A DNA stretch of 64,000 bases from an uncultured delta proteobacterium (GTDB taxonomy: Bacteria > Myxococcota_A > Polyangia > Fen-1088), in contig CAVWIP010000015.1 of NCBI GenBank assembly GCA_963755125.1, positions 224,001 through 288,000 of the forward strand, written 5' to 3'. The position numbers were made by a program, and so were the translations under genes. The notes beneath the pieces are model-generated. The model was not told where the DNA came from, ran no database searches, and saw nothing but the letters and a program-made list of their open reading frames with translations. This document shows, piece after piece, positions 49,187 to 60,385 of the stretch. The number at the start of each line of letters is the position of its first letter. Within the stretch, counting starts at the first letter, position 1.

Positions 49187-50575
49187 GTGTCATCGTCATT
49201 CGGCCCAAATCGCGTTCTGGGCATGGCTACGCTCTTGGCCGTTGGCTCTCTGGGCTGTGAGTCTCATTCCAGCCACACAGCGGAAGGTGGAGTAGATGGC
49301 CCACAAAGTGTAGGCGGCGCATCTGGCATGGGCGCTGCGTTCGGCAGCGGCGGTGCATCTGGCCACGGTGGGGCGGTTGGTATTGGTGGAAATACGGGTG
49401 GTTCGACTGCAGCGTTCGGGACAGGTGGTCTACCCGGAACAAGCGGTGGACCCTCAACAGGTGGAGACCTTGGTCAAGCTGGTTCCCCGAGGGGCTCTGG
49501 TGGCAGAACCGGTGCCGGCGGAGGGGGAAACATCGGCACGGGGGGCAGCGTGAGCACTGGCGGCACCGTGACCACGGTTTCCGGAAGCGGTGGCTGCTGC
49601 TATGCCATCTACTGCCCCAGCGGTGACACGATGGTAACAACGTGCCCGACAGGTGCCTCCTGCTATGAATATACCGCCTGCGGTTGCAACCAAGTTCTGT
49701 GCACGGCTGGTGGCGGAAGTGGTGGCACGGGAGGGGCTTCATCGAGTGGCACCCCCGACGGAGGCACGTTGGACTCCGCGCCCCACGATATGGCGACAGA
49801 CGTACGCGCCGCTCAGGGCGGAGACACCGGCGGGACTGAAGCGCGGGACGCATTCGCTGCAGAGGCCGCGCAAGTTATCGGAATTCCGATTTACGTGGAC
49901 CCTTCGGCATCGCCTTCTACTTGGGCGCAAGTAACGGGTGCCGCACCCACTGTGGCGCTGCTTGTCGCCAACCCCGATAGCGGCCCAGGCGTCTCGGTTC
50001 AAGTCTCATACACACAGGCAATCACTGCCGCGCATGCCGTTGGACAGATAGTCGTCGGCTACGTCCACACCTCCTATGGGGCGCGCAACATTGCGCAGGT
50101 GGAGGCCGATGTGGACGCCTGGTACTCCTTCTATCCGATGATCGATGGCATATTCTCGGATGAGACGTCGACGGATGACGGGACCATAGCGCTCTACTAC
50201 CAGCCGCTGTTTCAGTATGTGAAGAGCAAGACCGGCGGTCAGCGCCTCGTCGTGATTAACCCCGGAACAATGATCGATGAATCATTTATGGCCGTGGCGG
50301 ATATCGTCGTCACATTCGAAGATACGTATGCACACTACACCGACGGAAGTTATCCCGTGAACCCATTGTGGATGGCCGGGTACTCTCGCTGGCGCTTTTG
50401 GCACCTCGTACTCTCAGCGACTACGGCTGCCGACATGCAGAACGCGATCTCCATCGCACGCCAACGTAATGTCGGGTATGTGTACGTCACCGACCAGCCG
50501 CCCACAACAGCGTACTCACAGATAGTGAACGGCGTGTACTGGCAGACCGAAATTGTTGTCACAGCGGCACCATAG
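49187..50575 (+). CDS. Lipoprotein with a C-terminal spherulin-4 (GH135-like) domain
   Basis: Lipobox SLGC; IPIYVDP, NPDSGPG, GYVHTSY, IDGIFSDE, VINPGT, ADIVVTFE. Confidence 0.82.
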   Translation: MSSSFGPNRVLGMATLLAVGSLGCESHSSHTAEGGVDGPQSVGGASGMGAAFGSGGASGHGGAVGIGGNTGGSTAAFGTGGLPGTSGGPSTGGDLGQAGSPRGSGGRTGAGGGGNIGTGGSVSTGGTVTTVSGSGGCCYAIYCPSGDTMVTTCPTGASCYEYTACGCNQVLCTAGGGSGGTGGASSSGTPDGGTLDSAPHDMATDVRAAQGGDTGGTEARDAFAAEAAQVIGIPIYVDPSASPSTWAQVTGAAPTVALLVANPDSGPGVSVQVSYTQAITAAHAVGQIVVGYVHTSYGARNIAQVEADVDAWYSFYPMIDGIFSDETSTDDGTIALYYQPLFQYVKSKTGGQRLVVINPGTMIDESFMAVADIVVTFEDTYAHYTDGSYPVNPLWMAGYSRWRFWHLVLSATTAADMQNAISIARQRNVGYVYVTDQPPTTAYSQIVNGVYWQTEIVVTAAP

Positions 50576-50584
50576 CTTGACAGC

Positions 50585-51266
50585 TTGGAGATCATTGCAC
50601 CGAGGCGCTGGGACCACCGCAGGCATGACCAGCACCACCGGAGAAACCACTCCACCGTCGGAAACACAGGTGGAGGAGGCATGACCAGCGCCACTGAAGG
50701 TATCACCAGCTATGCGGGCGCAACCGGGACCACTGGAGGTGCTACCGGCATTGGAGGCGCTGGCGGCGCCAGTACGACCAGCAAGAGCATCGGTGCGGGT
50801 GGGATGCTGGCGACAGGTGGTGTCGTCGGCATTGCAGGCAACGGCGGAACGTGGAACACGCTCCCGGCGGTTGGCGGCACCCTGGGCGCAGGGGGAGCCT
50901 CCTCGGGAGGATCGTCTGCTGGCGGAAGTTCGGGTTCCATGGGTGGCGCGAGAGGGGGGTACATCGGGGACGGACGCCTGCGCCAACCTGAGTTACGACT
51001 ACTGTGTCTCGGAATGCCTCGCGGAGGCGGTGTTAGTCGACAACCCGACGTGTGCCAACGGTGCCTGGAGTTGCCGCTCGGGCTACGTCCTTGCGAGCAG
51101 TTGTCCCCCGCAGGCGTGCGGCGTGACACCGGACGCTTGCTGCGATTTGACGACCGGAATCGTTACCAGTAGTCCTTGCATGGCCGACGGATACCGTGGA
51201 AAGCTGTATGACACCGCCGACAGCCAGTATGGCAAGCACTCCAAGCTACGCAGAGGTGGCCCCTGA
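50585..51266 (+). pseudogene. Frameshifted Gly-rich/Cys-rich lipoprotein remnant without a signal peptide
   Basis: Gly linker in one frame continues as DACANLSYDYCVSEC... in another. Confidence 0.6.
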
Positions 51267-51275
51267 CCTTCAGTC

Positions 51276-51800
51276 ATGCCTTCCAACTCTAGTTTCTTCG
51301 TCTACACCGACGCGACTGGCGTCGATGTGGTGGTGCAACATCTCGCGGACGTTCCAGCACAGTACCGCGCGCAGGCCAGACAGCTTGACCTGTCAAAGCC
51401 GGCCAAGACCGTGTCAGCGGGGCGCGGTGGGCGCGACGATTCGACCCAAGGATCGGCATCGCCCATGCCGGCTGCGGTCGACGGGAAGCAGGGAGTCTCG
51501 GCGAACTTCCACGGACCGTCGTTCGCCATGGGGGTCGTCACGGCTATCTCCGTCGGGCTGGTGATCTGGCTCGCCTCGCGCCGGACAGGCCGCATCCTCT
51601 CTCTCGCCTTCGGTCTTCTGATCCTGGCAGTGCTCGGCCTGGGCTACCTGGCCTACCTTCGCCAGCAGGTTGGATTACGGCCAGCAGGACTCACAACGCC
51701 GGCCGTGCTCATCGACGACGCTCGCAGCGCGGCTGGTACCGTTGACAAGCGCTACCAGGAACAGGAGCGCGAGATGCGCGAAATCGAGAAGAATCAGTAG
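51276..51800 (+). CDS. Two-TM membrane protein
   Basis: FVYTDATG...DVPAQYR N-terminal motif; two TM helices. Confidence 0.7.
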   Translation: MPSNSSFFVYTDATGVDVVVQHLADVPAQYRAQARQLDLSKPAKTVSAGRGGRDDSTQGSASPMPAAVDGKQGVSANFHGPSFAMGVVTAISVGLVIWLASRRTGRILSLAFGLLILAVLGLGYLAYLRQQVGLRPAGLTTPAVLIDDARSAAGTVDKRYQEQEREMREIEKNQ

Positions 51801-51937
51801 CGCACAGGGTGATCTTGTCCAGGTTGCCAATGATGTGAATACGGCGCGCTACGGGGGTGCCTGGGTGTTCTTCATGCCTATGAACCTGCGTCGTACATAC
51901 CAGCGGGGGGCAGGTTAATGTTCTTGCCGGTGCTTCG

Positions 51938-52207
51938 TCAAGGCGAAGGCCAAGGAACCTCGCAGGTTGTGGTGCAGAGCACCCTGCTGCCTTGCGGGTA
52001 GTTGCAGACTTGGATGCCACCGAGGTCCCAGGAGCCTAGCGGACAAGAAGGGCAACCGCCTGCGTCCGTCGGGTTCCCGTTGACGTCCAGGCGCATGCCG
52101 TTCAGTGGACCTAGATCACATTGCTCGCCATGATCTAGGTTGAGAATGCCATCACCACAGCAGGGTATTCTTCCCGCATCACTGTGCCTGACATCCTGTT
52201 CCTTCAT
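51938..52207 (-). pseudogene. Deletion fusion of the MKEQDVR start to an 'MFK'-family C-terminus
   Basis: MKEQDVRH|SDAGRIPCCGDG...GEQCDLGPLNG...GNPTDAGGCP; upstream DNA is homologous to 39450-39560 and 46560-46670. Confidence 0.8.
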
Positions 52208-52679
52208 GACCCAGGGAACATGGTACCGCTTTTTCGGGTGCAGGGAATGTGGGAAGCGGTGGACGCACCAAGCCAAGGTAGCTTGGAACGCGTTGTCAAA
52301 CGCTGGTACGGGCTGCGGCTCAAAGAAACCGCCATCTGACCAGGTGTAAATGCAGACAACCTTGGTCTCCAGGTACCGAAGATGCTCGTTCCGTGAGCAT
52401 CGCCAATCCCGTCGGATTCACGACGTCGATGCAGGCCACCGGAACCTGCCAAACAAGCCAGGCCGATTTCGACATGAACATCGAAATCGCCGGCGACTTT
52501 GGTGGGGGCTGCGAGTTCTGGTACCATTACCAGTGGAATCCGTAGCGGCTGCTCCCCGTTGATGTGTGCCAGCTCTGCCGTTGTCCGCTGTTCCTTCAGA
52601 TAGCCCTCTCCGTGATTCTTTTTGATCAGTAGGCTAAAGGATTGGCACCGTCCTTCGATAGTCAAGGGGCAGAGCAGCT

Positions 52680-53273
52680 ATGCGCTGGACGAGACTACTG
52701 GCCGCTACGACCGGCACTGCTGTGCTTGTCGCGGCAGTGCTAGTCGGCTGTGCTGTTGGGGTGCGCCGCAATTTCGCCAAGACTCCACCCAGTGAGGTCA
52801 TCTTCGACGACCAGTGCCATCTGCAGGACTATTTCGACGATCTTGCACGCGGGCGAGATAAGCCACCCGCGCTAGTTCGGTCCGACGAGATTCAGACCAG
52901 CGCCAGCGAGAAGACCTTGGGCGGCCGGAGCGCCTACCTTTTCGGGGAGAACACCAGCTTGCCCGCGCTGCGGCGCTTGCTAGTCGAGAATTGGAAACCG
53001 CTCCCGGCTGCCGTGACGGCTGCCTCGCAGATCGAGGTGGAGGTGCGCTGGTGCGACAAGGTCGGCACACGATGGGTGGTGAGCGACGAGAACGTCACGC
53101 TGCACGCTGCCGGAAAAACGGTCGCTCTGGCCCCACATCCCTGCCTGACTGCCTTTCTCTTCGGGCAAGCCCTTTACGAACGGCGCCGCGAGTTGGTCGG
53201 ATTGCCCCCTGTGTCCATGCCTCAAGCCACACTGCCCGATGCGGGTGCGGCCGATCTCATCACGTCTGACTGA
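52680..53273 (+). CDS. Lipoprotein of unknown function
   Basis: Lipobox LVGC. Confidence 0.75.
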   Translation: MRWTRLLAATTGTAVLVAAVLVGCAVGVRRNFAKTPPSEVIFDDQCHLQDYFDDLARGRDKPPALVRSDEIQTSASEKTLGGRSAYLFGENTSLPALRRLLVENWKPLPAAVTAASQIEVEVRWCDKVGTRWVVSDENVTLHAAGKTVALAPHPCLTAFLFGQALYERRRELVGLPPVSMPQATLPDAGAADLITSD

Positions 53274-53364
53274 CTGGCCGCGATCCGTTGAAGGTGGCCA
53301 CCGGAAACCTGGTTCACGTGGCGAACGGGCGGGAACAGGCTTGGTCATTTCCCGCGCCATCAGA

Positions 53365-53445
53365 TATTCGCTGTTGATGCGCGCGAGTTCATCGAGGATG
53401 GTGCGCGGGCTGTTGCCCAGGCCGGCCCGCCTCTGCCGCAATGAG
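53365..53445 (-). pseudogene. Possible IS1634-family transposase fragment
   Basis: QRRAGLGNSPRTILDELARI resembles IS1634 C-termini (from recall, unverified). Confidence 0.4.
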
Positions 53446-53447
53446 AG

Positions 53448-55061
53448 CTACTGGGCCAAAAGGCAATCGCTCGAACAGGCGTCGCCAGCCACTCCGTTGT
53501 TGATGCCGTCGTCGCACACCTCGCCCCCGTCGAGAATGCCGTCGCCACAGCGTGGAATCGTGCAGTCGGTCCGGCACAAACTGGGAGTTGCGTACGCCTT
53601 GATGTCGATGGGGACGGTCAGATCCAGGTTGACGACCGAACTCGATCCCTGAATCCACGTCCAGCTGGTGATCCCGCTCAAGAACGCCGGCGAAACCAGC
53701 ACTTCCCATGAGCCTGGAATGGAAAAGCCGGTCAGCACGCCGCCGTCGGTGTTTCCCTTGAAACTCCATTTACCGGCGGCCGTGGTTGCGGAAGTCATGA
53801 CCAATTCGCCCGGATCGTCCGATACCGCAACCGCGCTTCCCACCGGCAACCCGCTGAACAGCATCTGGACTCTTGATGCCGGCTGCTGTTCCGAGGTGGT
53901 GCTGGCGTCGACGCCGTGCTCGACTATCAAACTGAGAGCGGTAGCCGTGCGGTCTAGGTAAAGCAAGATCAAACTGGTGTCCAGCTTCTCAAGGCCCGTG
54001 TGGCCGCTCGCAGAGACGTAGTCGTAGAAGTTCGTGCTGGACGCGACCTCCGCGTAGGGCGCGACGGCGAACACCAGATTGTCTTGGGTGACGACGAAGG
54101 CCGGTCGGTCCGCGTTGGCCGCGCCAAGGTCGCATTGTTCGCCAGGTTCCACGACGCCATTGCCACAGACCGCCTGCCCACCGCTGGCTCCGCCTGACGT
54201 CGTACCGCCGCCACCAAGTCCGCCGGCACCGCCCACGCCAACCCCGCCGGTTCCACCGATAGCGCCGCCTCCGCCCAGGCTGCTGGTTCCACCACTACTT
54301 CCACCTGATGTCGTGCCGCCGCCACCAGGTCCGCCGGCACCGCCCACGCCAACCCCGCCGGTTCCACCGATAGCACCGCCTCCGCCCAGGCTGCTGGTCC
54401 CGCCACTACCTCCGCCTGATGTGGTGCCGCCACCACCGGGTCCGCCGGTCCCATCAATGCCACCGCCTCCGCCCAGGCTGCTGGCGCCGCTGCTCCCGCC
54501 ACCTGAGGTCGCGTCGCTGCCGCCCAAACCCCGTCCTCCCGTGGGACCAGTTCCCAAGGTGCCTCCCAACACGCCGCCGTCGCCACGACCACCTCGGCCA
54601 GCCGAGGCGCCGCCACTCACTCCGCCGGTTCCGCTTCCTCCAAAGGAGCCGCCCAAAGTCGCGCCCCCGCTTCCAGTAGTGCCTCCCACGCCACGACCGC
54701 CTGCTCCGGCGAGTCCACCACCACTGTTTCGGCCCCCGCTTGCGGCGATTCCGCTACCTCCAATGGCGCCGCCGCCAGTATTCTTTACTCCGCCTATGCC
54801 ACCCCTACCGGATTCGCCTGCGCCACCTGTTCCACCCTCGGAACTGCCCCCAAGATTCTGCGTCCCAGCCGTGATCCCGCCGAACCCACCGCTGGCACCT
54901 GCCTGACCCGATGCTGACGCCGACTGTTCCTCCATCTGCGTCCGTGCGCAGGCAAGCGTCGCTAACGACACCACCACACCGATTGCCAACCATTGATATT
55001 GACACCCCGCAAGCCTGCCAGCCGCAACTTGCGTCACATCTTGCAAAGGCGATCGCTTCAT
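53448..55061 (-). CDS. Lipoprotein with a very long Gly-rich stalk and DUF4215-like Cys-rich repeats
   Basis: Lipobox TLAC; CGNGVVEPGEQCD and CGDGILDGGEVCDDG flank a beta-domain. Confidence 0.85.
   Translation of the reverse strand: MKRSPLQDVTQVAAGRLAGCQYQWLAIGVVVSLATLACARTQMEEQSASASGQAGASGGFGGITAGTQNLGGSSEGGTGGAGESGRGGIGGVKNTGGGAIGGSGIAASGGRNSGGGLAGAGGRGVGGTTGSGGATLGGSFGGSGTGGVSGGASAGRGGRGDGGVLGGTLGTGPTGGRGLGGSDATSGGGSSGASSLGGGGGIDGTGGPGGGGTTSGGGSGGTSSLGGGGAIGGTGGVGVGGAGGPGGGGTTSGGSSGGTSSLGGGGAIGGTGGVGVGGAGGLGGGGTTSGGASGGQAVCGNGVVEPGEQCDLGAANADRPAFVVTQDNLVFAVAPYAEVASSTNFYDYVSASGHTGLEKLDTSLILLYLDRTATALSLIVEHGVDASTTSEQQPASRVQMLFSGLPVGSAVAVSDDPGELVMTSATTAAGKWSFKGNTDGGVLTGFSIPGSWEVLVSPAFLSGITSWTWIQGSSSVVNLDLTVPIDIKAYATPSLCRTDCTIPRCGDGILDGGEVCDDGINNGVAGDACSSDCLLAQ
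54193..54501. repeat. 111-bp in-frame tandem repeat (two full copies and one partial)
   Basis: Units start at 54193, 54304 and 54415; each encodes a 37-aa Gly-rich unit. Confidence 0.85.
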
Positions 55062-55291
55062 GTCGTCTGTCCTGTACGGAGATATCGTTGGGTTTCCCTA
55101 TGCCCATCCCAACTCCCCGCCAGAACAAGTTTGGAGTCTTGCGCCTGCACATGCAACCTCCGCAAGATTGCTCGATCCATTCGCCTTGCCCTGACTCGCC
55201 GCGTGGCCCAAACGAGATGATGGGGTTTCGGCCTGAAGTCGCATCTGCCGCGAGTACGGCTTTTCGGATTTCGGGGGCTTACGATCATGCA

Positions 55292-56329
55292 TCAAAAGCT
55301 GCAAGTATCGACGCAGCTGCCAGCCGGCAGCTTCCCGGTCATGACCTGATAATGATTGGAAATCTGAGTTTGGCTCAGCAGGAAGTTGTAGATGGCCACC
55401 TTGCCAATGGCGCCTTGGAACCAGCAGTCCAAGGCCATAGTTCCGATATTGAGCGCGCTGTTGTTGGCTATTGGAACGACATTGTACTGACTCATGCAAC
55501 CAGTTTGCCCGTGAAAGGAGTGATTCCATTGTACGCCGTTGACCCAGATGTTGATGGAACCTGGGTACGATGCCGCGTTGACACAATCCGAAGGCTGGCT
55601 CAACGTCGTGTATTCACCGACCACGTGATACCACTGTCCAGCCTGAATTAGCCCCGCCGCCGGTTGCCAGTCCGCAGCCGATCCGAGGCCAGCACTGGGA
55701 TTGAAGACGTAGGCGGAAATTCGATTGGGTCGATTCGGGCTCTCGGTGGTATTCGTGTCGTACATCCTGGCTTCCCATTCGCACGTGGGACCATATTGTT
55801 CACACTTGCCCATCCAGTCGACGTATCCGCTCGATCCGTCATCGTGGGGAAACTGGAGCACGTCGGGCCTGATCCAACCCTCCCAGGTCAAATTGCCGGT
55901 GGTGGGGATCGACATGGAGGCGTTCGACGGAATGGTCAAGTACTGGGAGGCGCCATCGAAATCCCCCGCTCGATCGCCGTTCGGCATCGAAACAGGAGAT
56001 GGCGTGCCGCTCTTGTAGGTGCCGGTGTTATTATTGCCGGAGAGATCGGGCTCACTGCCGGACAGGGACTGGTTGATCGCCCAGTATGCTACTGGATGGT
56101 CGCAGAGAACGACCTGATCATAGGTGTTGGTAGTGCCGCACGTGGACCTGCTATTGCCCATGGCGCTCGAACCACCTGAGGCAGCTGTGCCGCCGATACT
56201 AGTCGTGCCCGCAGCTCCGCCTGCATGCCCTCCGGTGCCGGAAGCCGCCTTGTTGTTGCTGGTGCAAGCAGCTAGCGGGGTGAAGGACAGCAGACACGAA
56301 ATTGCAGCCAAAGAATGGTTCGCGTCCAT
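55292..56329 (-). CDS. LamG/concanavalin-like domain lipoprotein
   Basis: Lipobox LAAC; PVAYW, FDGASQY, TWEGWIRP, GQWYHVV, FQGAIGKVAIYN. Confidence 0.85.
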   Translation of the reverse strand: MDANHSLAAISCLLSFTPLAACTSNNKAASGTGGHAGGAAGTTSIGGTAASGGSSAMGNSRSTCGTTNTYDQVVLCDHPVAYWAINQSLSGSEPDLSGNNNTGTYKSGTPSPVSMPNGDRAGDFDGASQYLTIPSNASMSIPTTGNLTWEGWIRPDVLQFPHDDGSSGYVDWMGKCEQYGPTCEWEARMYDTNTTESPNRPNRISAYVFNPSAGLGSAADWQPAAGLIQAGQWYHVVGEYTTLSQPSDCVNAASYPGSINIWVNGVQWNHSFHGQTGCMSQYNVVPIANNSALNIGTMALDCWFQGAIGKVAIYNFLLSQTQISNHYQVMTGKLPAGSCVDTCSF

Positions 56330-56406
56330 GGTCGCTCCGTCAACCATTCTATCCGGAGTCTCGGCGTCGCAACCGATGATCTGCGGGTGCTTCTCGCTCA
56401 GTCCGG

Positions 56407-56572
56407 TTCGCTACGGAACGCGGCCCCCCCTTGCGCACATGCACCCACGGTCATCCATCCACCGGGGGACAGGTATGTCGGCGGTTGAACGATTCTGGGG
56501 CCGGAATTCAGGCCGGCTGTCCAGCTTGAATCGGGAGGCACGAGCGCCTCATCTACTTGGTCAGTTTCGTAC
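56407..56572 (+). repeat. Backbone repeat family A, long copy (rightmost)
   Basis: CCCACGGTC...ACCGGGGG..AGGTATGTCGGCGG.TGAA..ATTCTGGGGC...AATTCA.GCCGGCTGTCCAGC...CTTGGTCAGTTTCGTAC. Confidence 0.85.
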
Positions 56573-56634
56573 CTGGGACGCAGATGGCTACAGTCACTGC
56601 CGTGTACAGAAAGCGATATTGCTCGGCATCGATT

Positions 56635-57681
56635 TCAGTTGACTATTTGGCCACAATCGGCAAAGGCCAGTGTCGTGTCGACACGGAAATTGGACTGGGT
56701 GGTGTGCCTTTCCGCATTGAAGACGGCCAAGGGATAGATGTTGCCTACCTTGATTCCCAGCTGGCTGGCTTGGGCGTCAAGATTCACGGTCTCGGTTTCC
56801 TGGACATGAATCCCGCCCAGATCGATGACCAGCTGGTTGTTTATGTAGACCCACACGTCGTCATCCCCTTGGAACGTGAATGTCTCTCCGCCGTTGTAGG
56901 TGAACGACGTGTGAATCTCTGTCGTGAAACTGAAATTGTGGTTCTCGCCCTGGTTACCGAAACCCTCATTATCGAGTGGAAAGTAAGATGAATCTGGAAC
57001 TCCCTGGTTGTTGATGGATGCAGCAAAGGTCACCACGTTGCCGTTGGGAACGAAGTGCAGACCAACTATATACGTCATGTTCACACCGGGCACATCGTTG
57101 TACCACTGGTTGAAATCGGCCTGCCCCGTCGTCGTAGGGGTCGTGCCACCAGGATGCGCATAGACTGGCTTTTCATCCGCACCTAGCGTCGTGGTTACAA
57201 TTCCCCGATCATCTTGCGGGGTAGGCGACTGGAAATCTGGTTGACCCCCCGGCGTGGTACCCATCTTAAAATCGCGCACCACGCCGTAGAGCCCACTGCA
57301 GATGCTGGGAGTTCCCATACCGGACCCACCAGAACCGCTTCCAGCGTCCGGTGTGGAGGCTCCACTGGTCGAAATAAGCTGAGGTCCAAGCGCATACGCG
57401 CCATAAGACACGTTGGTCACGTTCACATAGCCCGCAGGAGGCCAGACTGCGCCTGTTCCCGTCGCGCTGCCGGGGTTCGTGCTAGTACCTTGGCCACCAG
57501 CCACCCCCGTGATGATGGGAGCAGACGAGCCTGGTGAGCTACCACCCGTACCGCCCGCTCCCATGAGACTGGAGCCGACTGGCACGGGCCCGCCGCACGC
57601 CAGGACAGTGAATGCAGCGCCGATCACAGAGGCAAGAGGCCAGGTTCGATTCAATCGGCTGGGGTTTCGCATGCGGTTCAT
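56635..57681 (-). CDS. Fibro-slime (PA14-like) domain lipoprotein
   Basis: Lipobox VLAC; HNFSFTTE..F.Y.GGETFTFQGDDDVWVYINNQLVIDLGGIH; AERHTTQSNF. Confidence 0.9.
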   Translation of the reverse strand: MNRMRNPSRLNRTWPLASVIGAAFTVLACGGPVPVGSSLMGAGGTGGSSPGSSAPIITGVAGGQGTSTNPGSATGTGAVWPPAGYVNVTNVSYGAYALGPQLISTSGASTPDAGSGSGGSGMGTPSICSGLYGVVRDFKMGTTPGGQPDFQSPTPQDDRGIVTTTLGADEKPVYAHPGGTTPTTTGQADFNQWYNDVPGVNMTYIVGLHFVPNGNVVTFAASINNQGVPDSSYFPLDNEGFGNQGENHNFSFTTEIHTSFTYNGGETFTFQGDDDVWVYINNQLVIDLGGIHVQETETVNLDAQASQLGIKVGNIYPLAVFNAERHTTQSNFRVDTTLAFADCGQIVN

Positions 57682-57943
57682 GCTGCTCTCCTTCCGGCAT
57701 TCAGCCAAAGCCCGCTCCCACCGAAGGTGGCAGGATCGGTACAAGGTTCCCGCAGGAACCTACTTTGCAAGGTTACTCCGCTGCAGTACCCGAACAAGTG
57801 CGCAAGTGTGGCACGACTGGATTTGTGATGCACCCGGTCGACACACTGGTGCCGATCGCAGCGAAAACGCGGCTTCTTCGCGATCATCTCCACTTATCGT
57901 TTCTGGCTGCATGCGGCGACATTCCAGACCTTTGCGGAAGCTG

Positions 57944-60310
<2,367 letters not shown>

Positions 60311-60385
60311 GTGCTGCCTTGCCGTGAAATGTAGCTTGCTGTGGGGCGCGGGCAAGGCGGCTTCAGTTGGCGCCTCCTGCTGTCG

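Noticed and set aside
6633..56572. Classical integron attC array (GTTAGC resembles GTTRRRY)
   Set aside because: No RYYYAAC...GTTRRRY palindromic structure seen, cargo genes lie in both orientations, and the integrase does not look like IntI.
985..57700. Intact prophage or conjugative element
   Set aside because: No capsid, terminase, tail, relaxase or T4SS genes were recognised.
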